From: Chitinophagaceae bacterium
GTDB taxonomy: Bacteria; Bacteroidota; Bacteroidia; Chitinophagales; Chitinophagaceae
DNA: 57,829 bases
Reading direction: 5' to 3'
Assembly: GCA_947458625.1 (NCBI GenBank)
Contig: CANGZN010000001.1
Coordinates: 1-57,829 of the forward strand
How positions within the stretch are numbered: the stretch's first letter is position 1; each line of letters opens with the position of its first letter. A program made the translations under genes and the position numbers. The notes under the pieces were generated by a model. It did no database searches and was not told where the DNA came from. It was given only the letters and a program-made list of their open reading frames with translations. Of the stretch, positions 29,500 through 39,477 are shown piece by piece.

Positions 29500-30366
29500 T
29501 CAATACCCATACTCATCCAAGAACAATTCGCTTTCTCTCCACTTGGGCCGTACTTTAACGAACAATTCCAAGAACACTTTACGACCAATAAAGGCCTCGA
29601 TGGAGCGGCGGGATTCGGTTCCCAATTTTTTGATCATCGCACCTCCCTCCCCGATCAATATAGCCTTCTGGCTTTCACGATGCACCACAATATCCGCAAC
29701 GATCTTCACCAAGGTCGTCTTCTCTTGAAATTCCCTAACCACCACTGTCGTGTGGTAAGGAATTTCTTCACTTGTCAGGTCAAATACCTTTTCCCGGATC
29801 AGTTCCGATGCAAAGAAACGCGTTTGCGCGTCGCTTATCTCGTCAGCAGGAAAATAAGCCGGGCCTTCCGGGAGAACGGATTCAAATTCATTAAGCAAAC
29901 GGTCTCTGTCAGCTGGTCGCTGAACAGACACGCCCATCACCTTCTTGGCGTAGGGCTTTCCTCCAAAAAACTCGATTGCCTCCTTAATCTTAACCACCTT
30001 GCAGGTATCTGTTTTGGTGATCAACACCCACGCCTGGTTGCGCAACTTGAGTTCACTAAAAATCCGATCAGACTCACCCCAATCTGAACCCACATCCACC
30101 AATAGCAAAGAGATATCTCCATCCTCTAAGGCCGACCGGACCGCTTCCATCATTCGCTTGTGCAACGGATATTTCGGATCGATGATTCCCGGGGTATCAG
30201 AGAAGACCATCTGGTACGCGTCCTCGGTGAGGATCCCTTTGATCCGGTGACGAGTTGTTTGCACCTTGGAGGAAACAATGGCCAATTTCTCCCCCATCAG
30301 AAAATTCAGCAAGCTGCTTTTCCCGGCATTGGGCCGACCAAAGAAATTGATGAATCCGGATCGCAT
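29500..30366 (-). CDS. era: GTPase Era
   Basis: GRPNAGKS, QTTR, DTPG, EEIPY, IGEGGAMIKKLG KH domain. Confidence 0.96.
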   Translation of the reverse strand: MRSGFINFFGRPNAGKSSLLNFLMGEKLAIVSSKVQTTRHRIKGILTEDAYQMVFSDTPGIIDPKYPLHKRMMEAVRSALEDGDISLLLVDVGSDWGESDRIFSELKLRNQAWVLITKTDTCKVVKIKEAIEFFGGKPYAKKVMGVSVQRPADRDRLLNEFESVLPEGPAYFPADEISDAQTRFFASELIREKVFDLTSEEIPYHTTVVVREFQEKTTLVKIVADIVVHRESQKAILIGEGGAMIKKLGTESRRSIEAFIGRKVFLELFVKVRPKWRESELFLDEYGY

Positions 30367-30384
30367 AACTGGACAGGGTTGAAG

Positions 30385-30407
30385 AAAAAATCCGCCCGAA
30401 GGCGGAT
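30385..30407 (-). terminator. Intrinsic terminator after tRNA-fMet
   Basis: Minus strand ATCCGCC-TTCG-GGCGGAT followed by TTTTT. Confidence 0.85.
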
Positions 30408-30411
30408 GATG

Positions 30412-30483
<72 letters not shown>

Positions 30484-30561
30484 ATGCAAAGATAAGGGAA
30501 TCAAGACTCTGAACAAAATGGATCAAGGCTTGTTTTAAATCTGTAATTTTGTGTAAATCAC

Positions 30562-30645
30562 GCTTCCGGGGTGCTGTTGTTCATAGAACATCGGCTGAGA
30601 TCAAACCCGTAGAACCTGTCCAGGATAATGCCTGCGAAGGGAGGA
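30562..30645 (+). ncRNA. TPP (thi-box) riboswitch
   Basis: GGGGTGC...GCTGAGA...ACCC...GAACCTG..CAGGATAATGCCTGCGAAGGGA consensus; TAATTTTG promoter at 30544-30551. Confidence 0.93.
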
Positions 30646-30690
30646 GAAGGAATCTTACCCAGTATTCCCGGTAGCGATAAATCCATTTCG

Positions 30691-32844
30691 ATGAACGGAT
30701 ATCGTCTACTGACCTTGCTACTCATCTCTCCTCTTCTTTCCCTTGCGCAAGCAGAAAAAAAAGATAGTTTTTATCTTTTGAGCCCCGTTGAGGTTCAAGC
30801 CGTACGCGCTGGTGATGAGGCTCCATTTTCAAAGACAAACCTGAACAGAAAAGAGATCGAGAAACGAAATCTCGGTCAAGACCTCCCCTTCTTATTATCA
30901 ACCTTACCCGGAGTAGTGGTTCATTCAGACGCCGGAAACGGAATCGGATACACCGGTATACGGATTCGGGGAACTGATCCTACTCGCATCAACATGACGA
31001 TCAATGGTATCCCTTACAATGATGCGGAAAGTCAGGGTATTTTCTTTGTCAACCTACCTGATCTCGCATCCTCCGCACAGAGCATCCAACTTCAGCGAGG
31101 GGTTGGCACTTCTTCCAATGGAGCCGGGGCCTTTGGCGCCAATCTGAACATCAGTACGCATTCGTCGGTTCCGGAAAAACGACTCAGCATTCAAAACAGT
31201 TTCGGCTCCTTCGATTCCAGAAAACACACACTGCTTTATCAAAGTGGCTTGCAGGGAAAATTCGCTACGGACATCCGCCTCTCACAGATCGCAAGCAACG
31301 GCTTCATCGATCGGGCCAATAGCCTACTCTCTTCCTACTATGTTTCTACTGCCTTCATACAACCGGGTTATTCGATTCGGCTGACACAATTCGCCGGAAA
31401 AGAAAGAACTTATCAAGCCTGGTATGGGATCTCAGAGGCGGACCTTGATGCCGGCAATAGACGGATCAATTATGCCGGCACTGAACGTCCCGGTGATCCC
31501 TATGAAAAGGAGACAGACAACTACCAACAACGGCACACCCAACTCTTCTTCAACCGAACCACCGCTAAGAAAGCACAGTTGTCGATCGCCTTATTTTACA
31601 CAAGAGGAAAAGGATATTATGAGCAATATAAAGCGGAGCAGGACTATGCCCATTATGGCATGCCCTATCCGGTCAATGGAAATGACACGACCTTCACCAC
31701 CGATCTGATCAGACAGTTGTGGCTCGATAATCATTTTTATGGAACGACTTTTTCTTACCAATGGAAAAAGGGTCGATCAGCCTTCACCTGGGGCGGAGCA
31801 CTCACCCGTTATGTTGGTCAACATTTCGGTAAACCCACTTGGGCGTTGAACGGGCTGACCGCCATCAAGAACTGGTACGATCAACCGGCTGATAAAAATG
31901 ATGCGAATCAATTCTTCAAATGGCAATGGAACTGGAAACCGAACTGGTCGCTCTTTACCGATCTGCAAACACGTTGGGTCGAATATCGCCTGAACGGATT
32001 TCGGAATAACCCCAATATCCGGTTCCATCCGATCTACCGATTTGTAAATCCAAAAGCGGGCATCAGTTACGCTCGAGCCAGCTGGTCCGGATTCCTCTCA
32101 CTTGCCTATGCGCAAAAGGAACCTAACCGCGATGATTTTGAGGCGGGGTGGAATCAACAACCGCGTCCGGAAAAACTGCTGGATCTGGAAGCGAACATCG
32201 GCAGGAGGATGAAGAACTACAGATGGTCAGCCACCCTGTATCACATGTCGTACCAGGATCAATTGATCCTGACCGGTGCCATCAACGATGTTGGTGCCTA
32301 TACCCGTCAAAATATTCCACAAAGCTATCGAATGGGGATCGAGTTGGAAGGAAGCTGGAATGTACACAGAACGATCCGACTGGCTGGTAACGTGGCATGG
32401 AGCCGTAACCGAGTCAGAAACTTCACCGAATTCCTGGATGACTACGACAACGGCGGTCAGCTCAAACGCTTCTACAATCGATCGAATCTCGCCCTCTCAC
32501 CTGAATGGGTATCGAACGGAATCCTAAGTTGGACGCCCCTAAAAGGATTGGAGTGCCAATGGATCAGTCAGTTCGTAAGCCGACAATATCTTGACAACAC
32601 ATCCGATCGGTCTCGTTCACTGGATCCCTATTGGGTGCAGAATCTGTTGATCGACTATACAATTCCGATGCCGAAAGAAAAATCAGTTCGGATCCTTTTA
32701 CAGGTGAACAATGTCACGAATGTCCGATATGAGCCGAACGGTTACACGTTCAGTTATTTTTATGGCGGGCGGCTGACTACTGAAAATTTCTATTTCCCAA
32801 TGGCGGGGATCAATGCAACGATGGGGGTACAGATAGAATTATGA
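30691..32844 (+). CDS. TonB-dependent receptor, probably for thiamine
   Basis: Signal peptide, plug (SDAGNGIGYTGIRIRG...NGIPYND), barrel with hydrophobic terminal strand; under a TPP riboswitch; start trimmed to 30691. Confidence 0.9.
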   Translation: MNGYRLLTLLLISPLLSLAQAEKKDSFYLLSPVEVQAVRAGDEAPFSKTNLNRKEIEKRNLGQDLPFLLSTLPGVVVHSDAGNGIGYTGIRIRGTDPTRINMTINGIPYNDAESQGIFFVNLPDLASSAQSIQLQRGVGTSSNGAGAFGANLNISTHSSVPEKRLSIQNSFGSFDSRKHTLLYQSGLQGKFATDIRLSQIASNGFIDRANSLLSSYYVSTAFIQPGYSIRLTQFAGKERTYQAWYGISEADLDAGNRRINYAGTERPGDPYEKETDNYQQRHTQLFFNRTTAKKAQLSIALFYTRGKGYYEQYKAEQDYAHYGMPYPVNGNDTTFTTDLIRQLWLDNHFYGTTFSYQWKKGRSAFTWGGALTRYVGQHFGKPTWALNGLTAIKNWYDQPADKNDANQFFKWQWNWKPNWSLFTDLQTRWVEYRLNGFRNNPNIRFHPIYRFVNPKAGISYARASWSGFLSLAYAQKEPNRDDFEAGWNQQPRPEKLLDLEANIGRRMKNYRWSATLYHMSYQDQLILTGAINDVGAYTRQNIPQSYRMGIELEGSWNVHRTIRLAGNVAWSRNRVRNFTEFLDDYDNGGQLKRFYNRSNLALSPEWVSNGILSWTPLKGLECQWISQFVSRQYLDNTSDRSRSLDPYWVQNLLIDYTIPMPKEKSVRILLQVNNVTNVRYEPNGYTFSYFYGGRLTTENFYFPMAGINATMGVQIEL

Positions 32845-33162
32845 TCCGGGACGGGTATCACCATATAATTCTCTCCAAGCGAGCACCCCACCGGCCAGAT
32901 TCACAACATTCTTAAATCCGATCGCCTCCAGGAAGAGAGCGGCCATCATACTGCGCTGTCCGCTACGGCAGTGCAGTATGACCTCTTCTTCCTTCCAATC
33001 TTCGATGGGATCGATCTCCATTCCCTGGATCTTGCCCAGTGGTAGGAGTAATCCGCCGAGGTTGAACTCCTCGTATTCATGCGGTTCCCGACAATCGACC
33101 AACTTAATGGCTTCGCGGGAGTCCAAACGTTCTTTAAGTTTCTCAACAGTGATCGTATGCAC
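32839..33162 (-). CDS. Rhodanese-like sulfurtransferase
   Basis: DCREPHEY, HCRSGQRS, NLAGGVLAW. Confidence 0.92.
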   Translation of the reverse strand: MHTITVEKLKERLDSREAIKLVDCREPHEYEEFNLGGLLLPLGKIQGMEIDPIEDWKEEEVILHCRSGQRSMMAALFLEAIGFKNVVNLAGGVLAWRELYGDTRPGS

Positions 33163-33173
33163 GGTATAAATTT

Positions 33174-33971
33174 TTATTGAATTCGGATGGTGTCTTTAAC
33201 AGGCGGTGTGGCCCCTAACCAAATATCGATGAGTTGGCCAGCGCGAATGCGGTTTACAACTGAATCCCCCAACCGGGTTACGGGTTCTTGTCGTACAACA
33301 TATCCACTCAAGGTGTCAGTTACTTCCGGTGAGAGGATCAGTACGCCCAGACCAAGGCCCATATCGCCGATCAGCAGACTTGCTTCTGAATAGCGCATAC
33401 CAATCAGATCAGGAACCAACATTTCTTCATTCCCAACTCCATTGCCAAGAATGAGATCGATACGTGAGCCCATGGGCACCTGTGCTCCTGGCTTGATCGA
33501 TCGACCACGATATAGCTGATCGAGCACAGCATTGCGAGCAAAATCCTTTCTGTAGATGGTATCCCCGACCACTAGATTCATGCTTTTAAGGATCAGCTCC
33601 GCATTGCGATAGCTTTGTCCACGTAAACTGGGCATCTCCACGGAAGGCGGTACGGCCCGAGTAATGGTGAGATAAACCGTTCGGCCTTCCTTCACTAATT
33701 CAGCTGAGTCCGGCAATTGCTTCAGTACATGTAAACCAGGCTTGGTATCGGAGTAGATTGAATCATCCACTTCCACCGTGAATCCTTTTGATTCGAGAAT
33801 TTTTTGAGCTTCCGATATGGAAAGTCCGACCACTGCCGGCACGGAGGCAGTTTTACCATGATTAGTTAACCAGCCAAGCGACAATAACCAAAAGAAAAAT
33901 AGGGCCACTGCTAATATGACCCCTGCCAGCAGGTTGAACCACCAGGGCTTCTTGAGCAGCCAATCGATCAT
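33174..33971 (-). CDS. Membrane-anchored triple PASTA-domain protein
   Basis: N-terminal TM segment; VPAVVG, MPSLRG, VPDLIG PASTA starts. Confidence 0.88.
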   Translation of the reverse strand: MIDWLLKKPWWFNLLAGVILAVALFFFWLLSLGWLTNHGKTASVPAVVGLSISEAQKILESKGFTVEVDDSIYSDTKPGLHVLKQLPDSAELVKEGRTVYLTITRAVPPSVEMPSLRGQSYRNAELILKSMNLVVGDTIYRKDFARNAVLDQLYRGRSIKPGAQVPMGSRIDLILGNGVGNEEMLVPDLIGMRYSEASLLIGDMGLGLGVLILSPEVTDTLSGYVVRQEPVTRLGDSVVNRIRAGQLIDIWLGATPPVKDTIRIQ

Positions 33972-34990
33972 ACCGCATCCGGGGTTTTAGCATGGGTTGA
34001 CAGTGTCACTTCCAGCAGCTGTGAATAAAACTGAGAAAGCTTCATTCCGGCCGCCTGTACCTGCTGCGGAATGATGCTCGCACTGCTCTGACCCGGAATG
34101 GTATTCACTTCCAGCATGTATGGAATATCCTGCTCCGGCTCATAAATAAAGTCGATCCGCACCACCCCGGCGCAACCAAAAACGGCATAGATTTTTTTGG
34201 CGGTGTCGCGTAATTTGTCGGCCATGTTAGTCGGTATTTCTGCCGGCGTGATCTCGGTAGATTTTCCCTGATACTTGGCGATAAAATCAAAAAATGGCTG
34301 ATTGGTATCCGCTACGACCTCCGTGATGGGCAGCACAACAATACCGCTTGGGTCATTGTACACACCAACAGTGAATTCCCTTCCCTGAACCATTTCTTCC
34401 ACCAGCACCTGACCATCTTCCTGGAAAGCTTTTTCTAAAGCTGCCACTACATCATCCGTAGTCAGATTCAACTTGGACATGCCGATACTTGACCCTCCGT
34501 TATTCGGCTTGACAAAAACAGGAAATTTCAAGCCCTGTCGAATTGAAGCAGCGGCCTCAGTATGATCACAACCTCGCTCAAAAAAAATAGAACGGGCAAC
34601 TGGAATGCCCGCAGCTCCTGCGATGGAAGTTGCATACCATTTATTGAAGGTGACCACCGAGGTAGCCGTAGGACAACAAGTATATGGAATCCCCAGCATG
34701 TCGAAGTAGCCTAACAAGCGGCCATCTTCACCGGGGGTGCCGTGCATCGCAACAAAAACAGCATCGAAACAAATGTGTTTCCCATCCACTCGGATAGAGA
34801 AATCATTTTTGTCAACCTCAATGTTCTTTTCCTCGGAAGTACTATGCCACCAACCGTCTTTTCGGATGTCGATCCGATATACCTGATATTGGTCCGATTG
34901 GAGGTGCTGCTGGATGGTATCAGCCGTACGATAAGAAATCACGGCTTCACCGGAATATCCGCCGGTCACCAGGGCAATGGCAGTCTTCAT
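33968..34990 (-). CDS. ddl: D-alanine--D-alanine ligase
   Basis: GGYSGEAVIS, HGTPGEDG, KPNNGGSSIG, FDFIAKY, EVNTIPG. Confidence 0.96.
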   Translation of the reverse strand: MKTAIALVTGGYSGEAVISYRTADTIQQHLQSDQYQVYRIDIRKDGWWHSTSEEKNIEVDKNDFSIRVDGKHICFDAVFVAMHGTPGEDGRLLGYFDMLGIPYTCCPTATSVVTFNKWYATSIAGAAGIPVARSIFFERGCDHTEAAASIRQGLKFPVFVKPNNGGSSIGMSKLNLTTDDVVAALEKAFQEDGQVLVEEMVQGREFTVGVYNDPSGIVVLPITEVVADTNQPFFDFIAKYQGKSTEITPAEIPTNMADKLRDTAKKIYAVFGCAGVVRIDFIYEPEQDIPYMLEVNTIPGQSSASIIPQQVQAAGMKLSQFYSQLLEVTLSTHAKTPDAV

Positions 34991-35337
34991 CAGAGGTGAA
35001 GCTTATCCTTCTTGGAAAGTAATTCCTCGACGGTTTCCCGGTATAATTCATCGGGCACACAGCAATCGACCGGACAAACCGCAGCACATTGAGGCTCCTC
35101 ATGGAAGCCCTGACATTCGGTGCATTTATTGGGCGTGATGTAGTAGGTATCGATCGCGATCGGCGCATGTTTGGTGCCGGCATCCACGAGCTGACCATCC
35201 ATCAAGGAGAAAGAACCTTTTACGGATGTTCCATCCGCAATCGCCCATTCAACACCCCCTTCGTAGATGGCATTGTTCGGACATTCGGGCTCACAGGCGC
35301 CACAATTGATACATTCATCGGTGATCTTGATAGCCAT
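34990..35337 (-). CDS. 2[4Fe-4S] ferredoxin (YfhL-like)
   Basis: [12 protein letters not shown] and [22 protein letters not shown]. Confidence 0.93.
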   Translation of the reverse strand: MAIKITDECINCGACEPECPNNAIYEGGVEWAIADGTSVKGSFSLMDGQLVDAGTKHAPIAIDTYYITPNKCTECQGFHEEPQCAAVCPVDCCVPDELYRETVEELLSKKDKLHL

Positions 35338-35365
35338 GATCTAAAATTATAAGAGATTGTATAAC

Positions 35366-35386
35366 TAATTTTGATGTACAAATCTA
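35366..35386. promoter_or_regulatory. Symmetric overlapping -7 promoter pair (TAATTTTG on +, TAGATTTG on -)
   Basis: TAATTTTG-ATGTA-CAAATCTA in the 60-bp gap between divergent genes. Confidence 0.6.
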
Positions 35387-35397
35387 GGTAATTCAAT

Positions 35398-36405
35398 ATG
35401 AATCTTAACGAACGGATTGAGCTGGCCGGGCGGCTGGGAAACTACCTCCTCTCCGATGAGCCAGCGTGGCTGCAAGCTAAAGAGATGGCTTCCCGTTCCA
35501 ATCCTTGGTTCATCCCACCATTTATCGATCGGGCCACCCAACAGCTTTCTAAAGCCTTTCTGAACCCACAGAAATTATCAGACTGGGCAACCAGTGCCGG
35601 AATACCTGAAAACTTGGCCGCACCCAAAAAGGTCGGGCTTGTTTTGGCCAGCAATCTCCCACTGGTAGGATTTCACGACTGGCTTGCCGTTTTTGTAAGC
35701 GGGAACCATGCACTTATCAAACTCTCCGCCCAGGACAGCATCCTGTTTGAACACCTGGCGGCCAAACTGATCGAATGGGATCCACGCATGGCTGATCAGT
35801 TGCAGATTGTAGAAAGATTGAATCAGGCAGAAGCATTCATTGCCACGGGAAGTGATAACACCGCCCGCTACTTTGAATACTATTTCGGAAGATCCCCAAA
35901 CATCATCCGTAAAAACAGAACCTCTGTAGCAATACTGACTGGTCGGGAATCGGAAGCTGAGCTGATCGCACTAAGTGATGACCTGTATGCATATTTTGGA
36001 AGAGGATGCCGAAACGTCACACAACTCTGTGTTCCCAGAGGATATGATTTTAAGCCATTGCTTGGAGCCGGCGACGCCTATCAATTTCTAGCTGAGCACC
36101 ATAAATTAAAAAACAATTACGACTATCAGTTAGCACTCCGCATACTGAACAAAGAGTACTACATGACCAATGGGATCGCCCTATTTGTTGAACAGCCTTC
36201 ACTTTATGCGCCCATTGGGGTTGTTCACGTTCATTACTACGACCAGCCCGAGGAGGCTGTTGAATGGAGCGAGCGACATCTGGATCAGATCCAGTGTCGG
36301 GTCGGCTGGCATGGGATCCCTTTTGGCACCGCTCAAACACCCACGCTGGATCAGTACGCAGACGGTATTGACACCCTGGCCTTTTTACGCGGACTCCACT
36401 CCTGA
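35398..36405 (+). CDS. Acyl-CoA reductase, LuxC-like
   Basis: NPWF, NLPLVGFHD, IATGSDNTARYFEYYF, YFGRGCRNV (catalytic Cys), YADGIDT. Confidence 0.85.
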   Translation: MNLNERIELAGRLGNYLLSDEPAWLQAKEMASRSNPWFIPPFIDRATQQLSKAFLNPQKLSDWATSAGIPENLAAPKKVGLVLASNLPLVGFHDWLAVFVSGNHALIKLSAQDSILFEHLAAKLIEWDPRMADQLQIVERLNQAEAFIATGSDNTARYFEYYFGRSPNIIRKNRTSVAILTGRESEAELIALSDDLYAYFGRGCRNVTQLCVPRGYDFKPLLGAGDAYQFLAEHHKLKNNYDYQLALRILNKEYYMTNGIALFVEQPSLYAPIGVVHVHYYDQPEEAVEWSERHLDQIQCRVGWHGIPFGTAQTPTLDQYADGIDTLAFLRGLHS

Positions 36406-36490
36406 GTTGAAAAATTGTTAAACCCTTCAACCCCTGAACGAACGGGGACAAGAGCGAATTATATTGCAATAGTCAAAGAAATACATGCCT

Positions 36491-37996
36491 ATGAAATGGA
36501 AACAAATATTGGCGATGACAGCCTTAAGCGCAAGCACCGCACTAGTCACCGTATGGAGCTACGACCGGATCAGCAACAGAAGCGGGTCTGGGTTCGATGG
36601 TGTCGGTGCCGGAAAATTACCTGCCAATTACGCGGGGTTTCTGGAGAATGCAGCCAACAATGCATCTACCTCTGTTGATTTCACCAAAGCCTCTCAGGCG
36701 GCCGTTCAGGCGGTGGTGCATATCAAAACAAAAACACCTGCCAAACGAATCACCAATCAACTGCCCCGTTCTCGCGGCGGAATTGATGATATGTTCGAGC
36801 AATTTTTCGGAGAAGGATTTTTCGGTCCCCAGATCAAACCCGAACAACGTGCCTCTGGAAGTGGTGTGTTGATCAGTGAAGACGGTTACATAGTAACCAA
36901 CAACCACGTCATCTCCGATGGAGACCAAGGTGTAGCTGCTGAGATCAATGTCACCCTCAATAACAAGAAAACATACCCCGCCCGATTGATTGGAAAAGAT
37001 CCCAGTAGTGATATCGCCGTACTGAAGATAGATGGCACGGGATTTCCGTACATGCTCTATGGAAATTCAGACCAACTGAAACTCGGACAATGGGTACTGG
37101 CCATCGGCTACCCGCTCTCACTTGAAACCACCGTAACCGCAGGTATCGTAAGCGCTAAAGGCCGCTCGATCGGTGTGAACGGGCGTCAAAGTGATACGCC
37201 GATTGAATCCTTCATTCAAACCGATGCAGCTGTCAATCAGGGAAACAGCGGCGGCGCGTTGATTACCACAGACGGATTATTGGTGGGTATCAACTCCGCT
37301 ATCTACGCCCCCACCGGTACGTACGCGGGATATTCATTTGCCATTCCGGTCAACCTTGCCAAAAAGATCGTGAACGACCTTATTAAATTCGGCGATGTAA
37401 AACGCCCCTATCTCGGAGTAGCTGCAGATCAAACCAAGATGAATTCTACCGATGGCGCATATGTCGGCAACGTTGCCAATGATGGTGCGGCCGCTGCCGC
37501 CGGACTCAAAAAGGGCGATATCATCACTAAAGTCAATGGGATCAGCATAGGATCCTGGAGTGAATTGCAGGGCACCATTGCCTCCCTGAATGCCGGTGAT
37601 CAAGTGGCCATCTCCTACAAACGCGCCGGAGTGGAAAAAACCCTTAACGTAACGCTGAAGGCCGAAACAGGGACCTATGAAAACCTGACCGCCTCCACCC
37701 TGGGGAATTTGTTGGGAGGAGAACTAGTCAACATCGATCAGAAAATGGCGAGTCGGAATGAAGTCAACGGTGGTGTGATGGTGAAAAAAATAACGCCGGC
37801 CGGCCCCTTCAGTCGAACCCGCATGCAAGAAGAATTTGTGATCACACGTGTCAACGAACAAGAGATCAAGAATATGGATGATCTGGCCAGAGCACTCGGT
37901 TCTGCCAGAAGTAGGAGCATCAGCGTGGAGGGCTTTTATGATGGATACAATGGAATCTATCGCTACCCTGTTATGTTGCCAGAATCAGATGAATGA
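36491..37996 (+). CDS. HtrA/DegP-family periplasmic serine protease with two PDZ domains
   Basis: SGSGV, TNNHV, DIAVL, QTDAAVNQGNSGG; PDZ GLKKGDII. Confidence 0.95.
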   Translation: MKWKQILAMTALSASTALVTVWSYDRISNRSGSGFDGVGAGKLPANYAGFLENAANNASTSVDFTKASQAAVQAVVHIKTKTPAKRITNQLPRSRGGIDDMFEQFFGEGFFGPQIKPEQRASGSGVLISEDGYIVTNNHVISDGDQGVAAEINVTLNNKKTYPARLIGKDPSSDIAVLKIDGTGFPYMLYGNSDQLKLGQWVLAIGYPLSLETTVTAGIVSAKGRSIGVNGRQSDTPIESFIQTDAAVNQGNSGGALITTDGLLVGINSAIYAPTGTYAGYSFAIPVNLAKKIVNDLIKFGDVKRPYLGVAADQTKMNSTDGAYVGNVANDGAAAAAGLKKGDIITKVNGISIGSWSELQGTIASLNAGDQVAISYKRAGVEKTLNVTLKAETGTYENLTASTLGNLLGGELVNIDQKMASRNEVNGGVMVKKITPAGPFSRTRMQEEFVITRVNEQEIKNMDDLARALGSARSRSISVEGFYDGYNGIYRYPVMLPESDE

Positions 37997-38011
37997 TTAC
38001 CCGATCGACAA

Positions 38012-38042
38012 TAAAAAACGCCCCGAACCGGGGCGTTTTTTA
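38012..38042. terminator. Bidirectional intrinsic terminator
   Basis: AAAAAACGCCCCG-AAC-CGGGGCGTTTTTT between convergent genes. Confidence 0.88.
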
Positions 38043-39419
38043 TTCTGCGGTATAGATCAGGTGTTCCCAGGGTTGCATCTCAAAAGACTTATCGGAGCGA
38101 AAATCATTGGAAGCGCCTGAATAGAGATTGCGATAAGGTCCAGATAAACGTGGGTCGACGATCTCAAAATGCAAGTCCGCCTGCGTAGAGAGATTGAGCA
38201 CGACCAACACCGAATTCCTCTCCTGAATACGTAAAAATGCCAGTACCTGACCCGGAGCGGTGGTCTGCAGCCGAATAACAGAAGCAGCGGAATCGGACCG
38301 CAGGGCCGGGTTTGACTTTTTCAATTGAAGCAGGGAAGAATAGAATGCGGAAAAAGATTCCGCATCGGGTCCGGACAAGATTGTGTCTTTCTCAAAAAAT
38401 TGAATTCGTTTTCGGTTACCGATCTCCTGGCCTGAATAGATCAATGGAACGCCGGGCCAGGTAGCACTGAACACAGCTAGCGAACGCGCCATATCACCAT
38501 ACTTCTCAAACTCTGTTCCGTTCCAGCTATTTTCATCATGATTCGTGGTGAACCAAGAGCGCATGCGATCATTTTTCAATCCCTCATAGCGATCAAGGAC
38601 CTCCAGCAATGTATCGAGGTGCCCACGTTGCTGATAAAAATCTTTTGCGCGATGCATCCACGTCCAGGTATAGCTGGCATCGAACACCTCCGCGTACTCA
38701 GGCTTCTCCAGCTCGTCGTATTCTCCAAACCAGAATAATGGTTTGACGGCATCGATTTTATCTCTGGCCTCGCGCCAGAACGGCAGCTCTACCCAAAAGG
38801 CCAGATCACAACGGAAGCCGTCTATATCACATTCCTCCACCCAGAATCGCATGGCATCGATCATGGCCGTCCGAAGGGCGGGATTGGCAAAATTCAATTC
38901 GATGATATCATCCATACCTGAGGCGATCTTAAAATCGCCCGTAGCTGAATCACGCAGATAATAATCTGGATGTTCGGTGGTCCAGCGATGCCCCCAGCCC
39001 GTGTGGTTGGCCACCCAGTCGATGATGACCTTCATACCTAATTCATGGGCTTGCTTGACCAACTCCTTGAAGTCTTCCAGTGTCCCAAATTCGGGATTGA
39101 TGGAGGTATAGTCCGAACAAGCATAATAGCTTCCCAAGGTCCCCTTTCGATTCAGTGCTGCAATGGGAGTAATGGGCATGAACCAGAGCGTTCCGACGCC
39201 CATATCTCGTAAGCGAGGCAATTCGCTCATGAAAGCGCGGAACGTACCGGCAGGGGTGTATTGTCTGACATTCACTTCGTAGATCGAGGTTTGTCGGGCC
39301 CACTGAGGCGTCTCGAATTTCATGGGGGTATCGTAGTTTTTAGTGGTGTTGTTGGAGGTACTGGGACTGCAAGCGCTCATCCCTGCCAACATACAAAAAA
39401 TCATTGTGAGCAGACGCAT
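38040..39419 (-). CDS. GH13 alpha-amylase-family lipoprotein
   Basis: MSA-C lipobox; DWVANH, GFRCD, FGE, NHDEN conserved regions. Confidence 0.9.
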   Translation of the reverse strand: MRLLTMIFCMLAGMSACSPSTSNNTTKNYDTPMKFETPQWARQTSIYEVNVRQYTPAGTFRAFMSELPRLRDMGVGTLWFMPITPIAALNRKGTLGSYYACSDYTSINPEFGTLEDFKELVKQAHELGMKVIIDWVANHTGWGHRWTTEHPDYYLRDSATGDFKIASGMDDIIELNFANPALRTAMIDAMRFWVEECDIDGFRCDLAFWVELPFWREARDKIDAVKPLFWFGEYDELEKPEYAEVFDASYTWTWMHRAKDFYQQRGHLDTLLEVLDRYEGLKNDRMRSWFTTNHDENSWNGTEFEKYGDMARSLAVFSATWPGVPLIYSGQEIGNRKRIQFFEKDTILSGPDAESFSAFYSSLLQLKKSNPALRSDSAASVIRLQTTAPGQVLAFLRIQERNSVLVVLNLSTQADLHFEIVDPRLSGPYRNLYSGASNDFRSDKSFEMQPWEHLIYTAE

Positions 39420-39477
39420 ATACAGGTTTCATGCAAAGTACTGAAATGCGGCGTTTCGACCACGTATCTTTGTCTTC

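Noticed and set aside
35398-36405. Bioluminescence (lux) operon
   Set aside because: Only a LuxC-like gene; no luxA, luxB, luxD or luxE nearby
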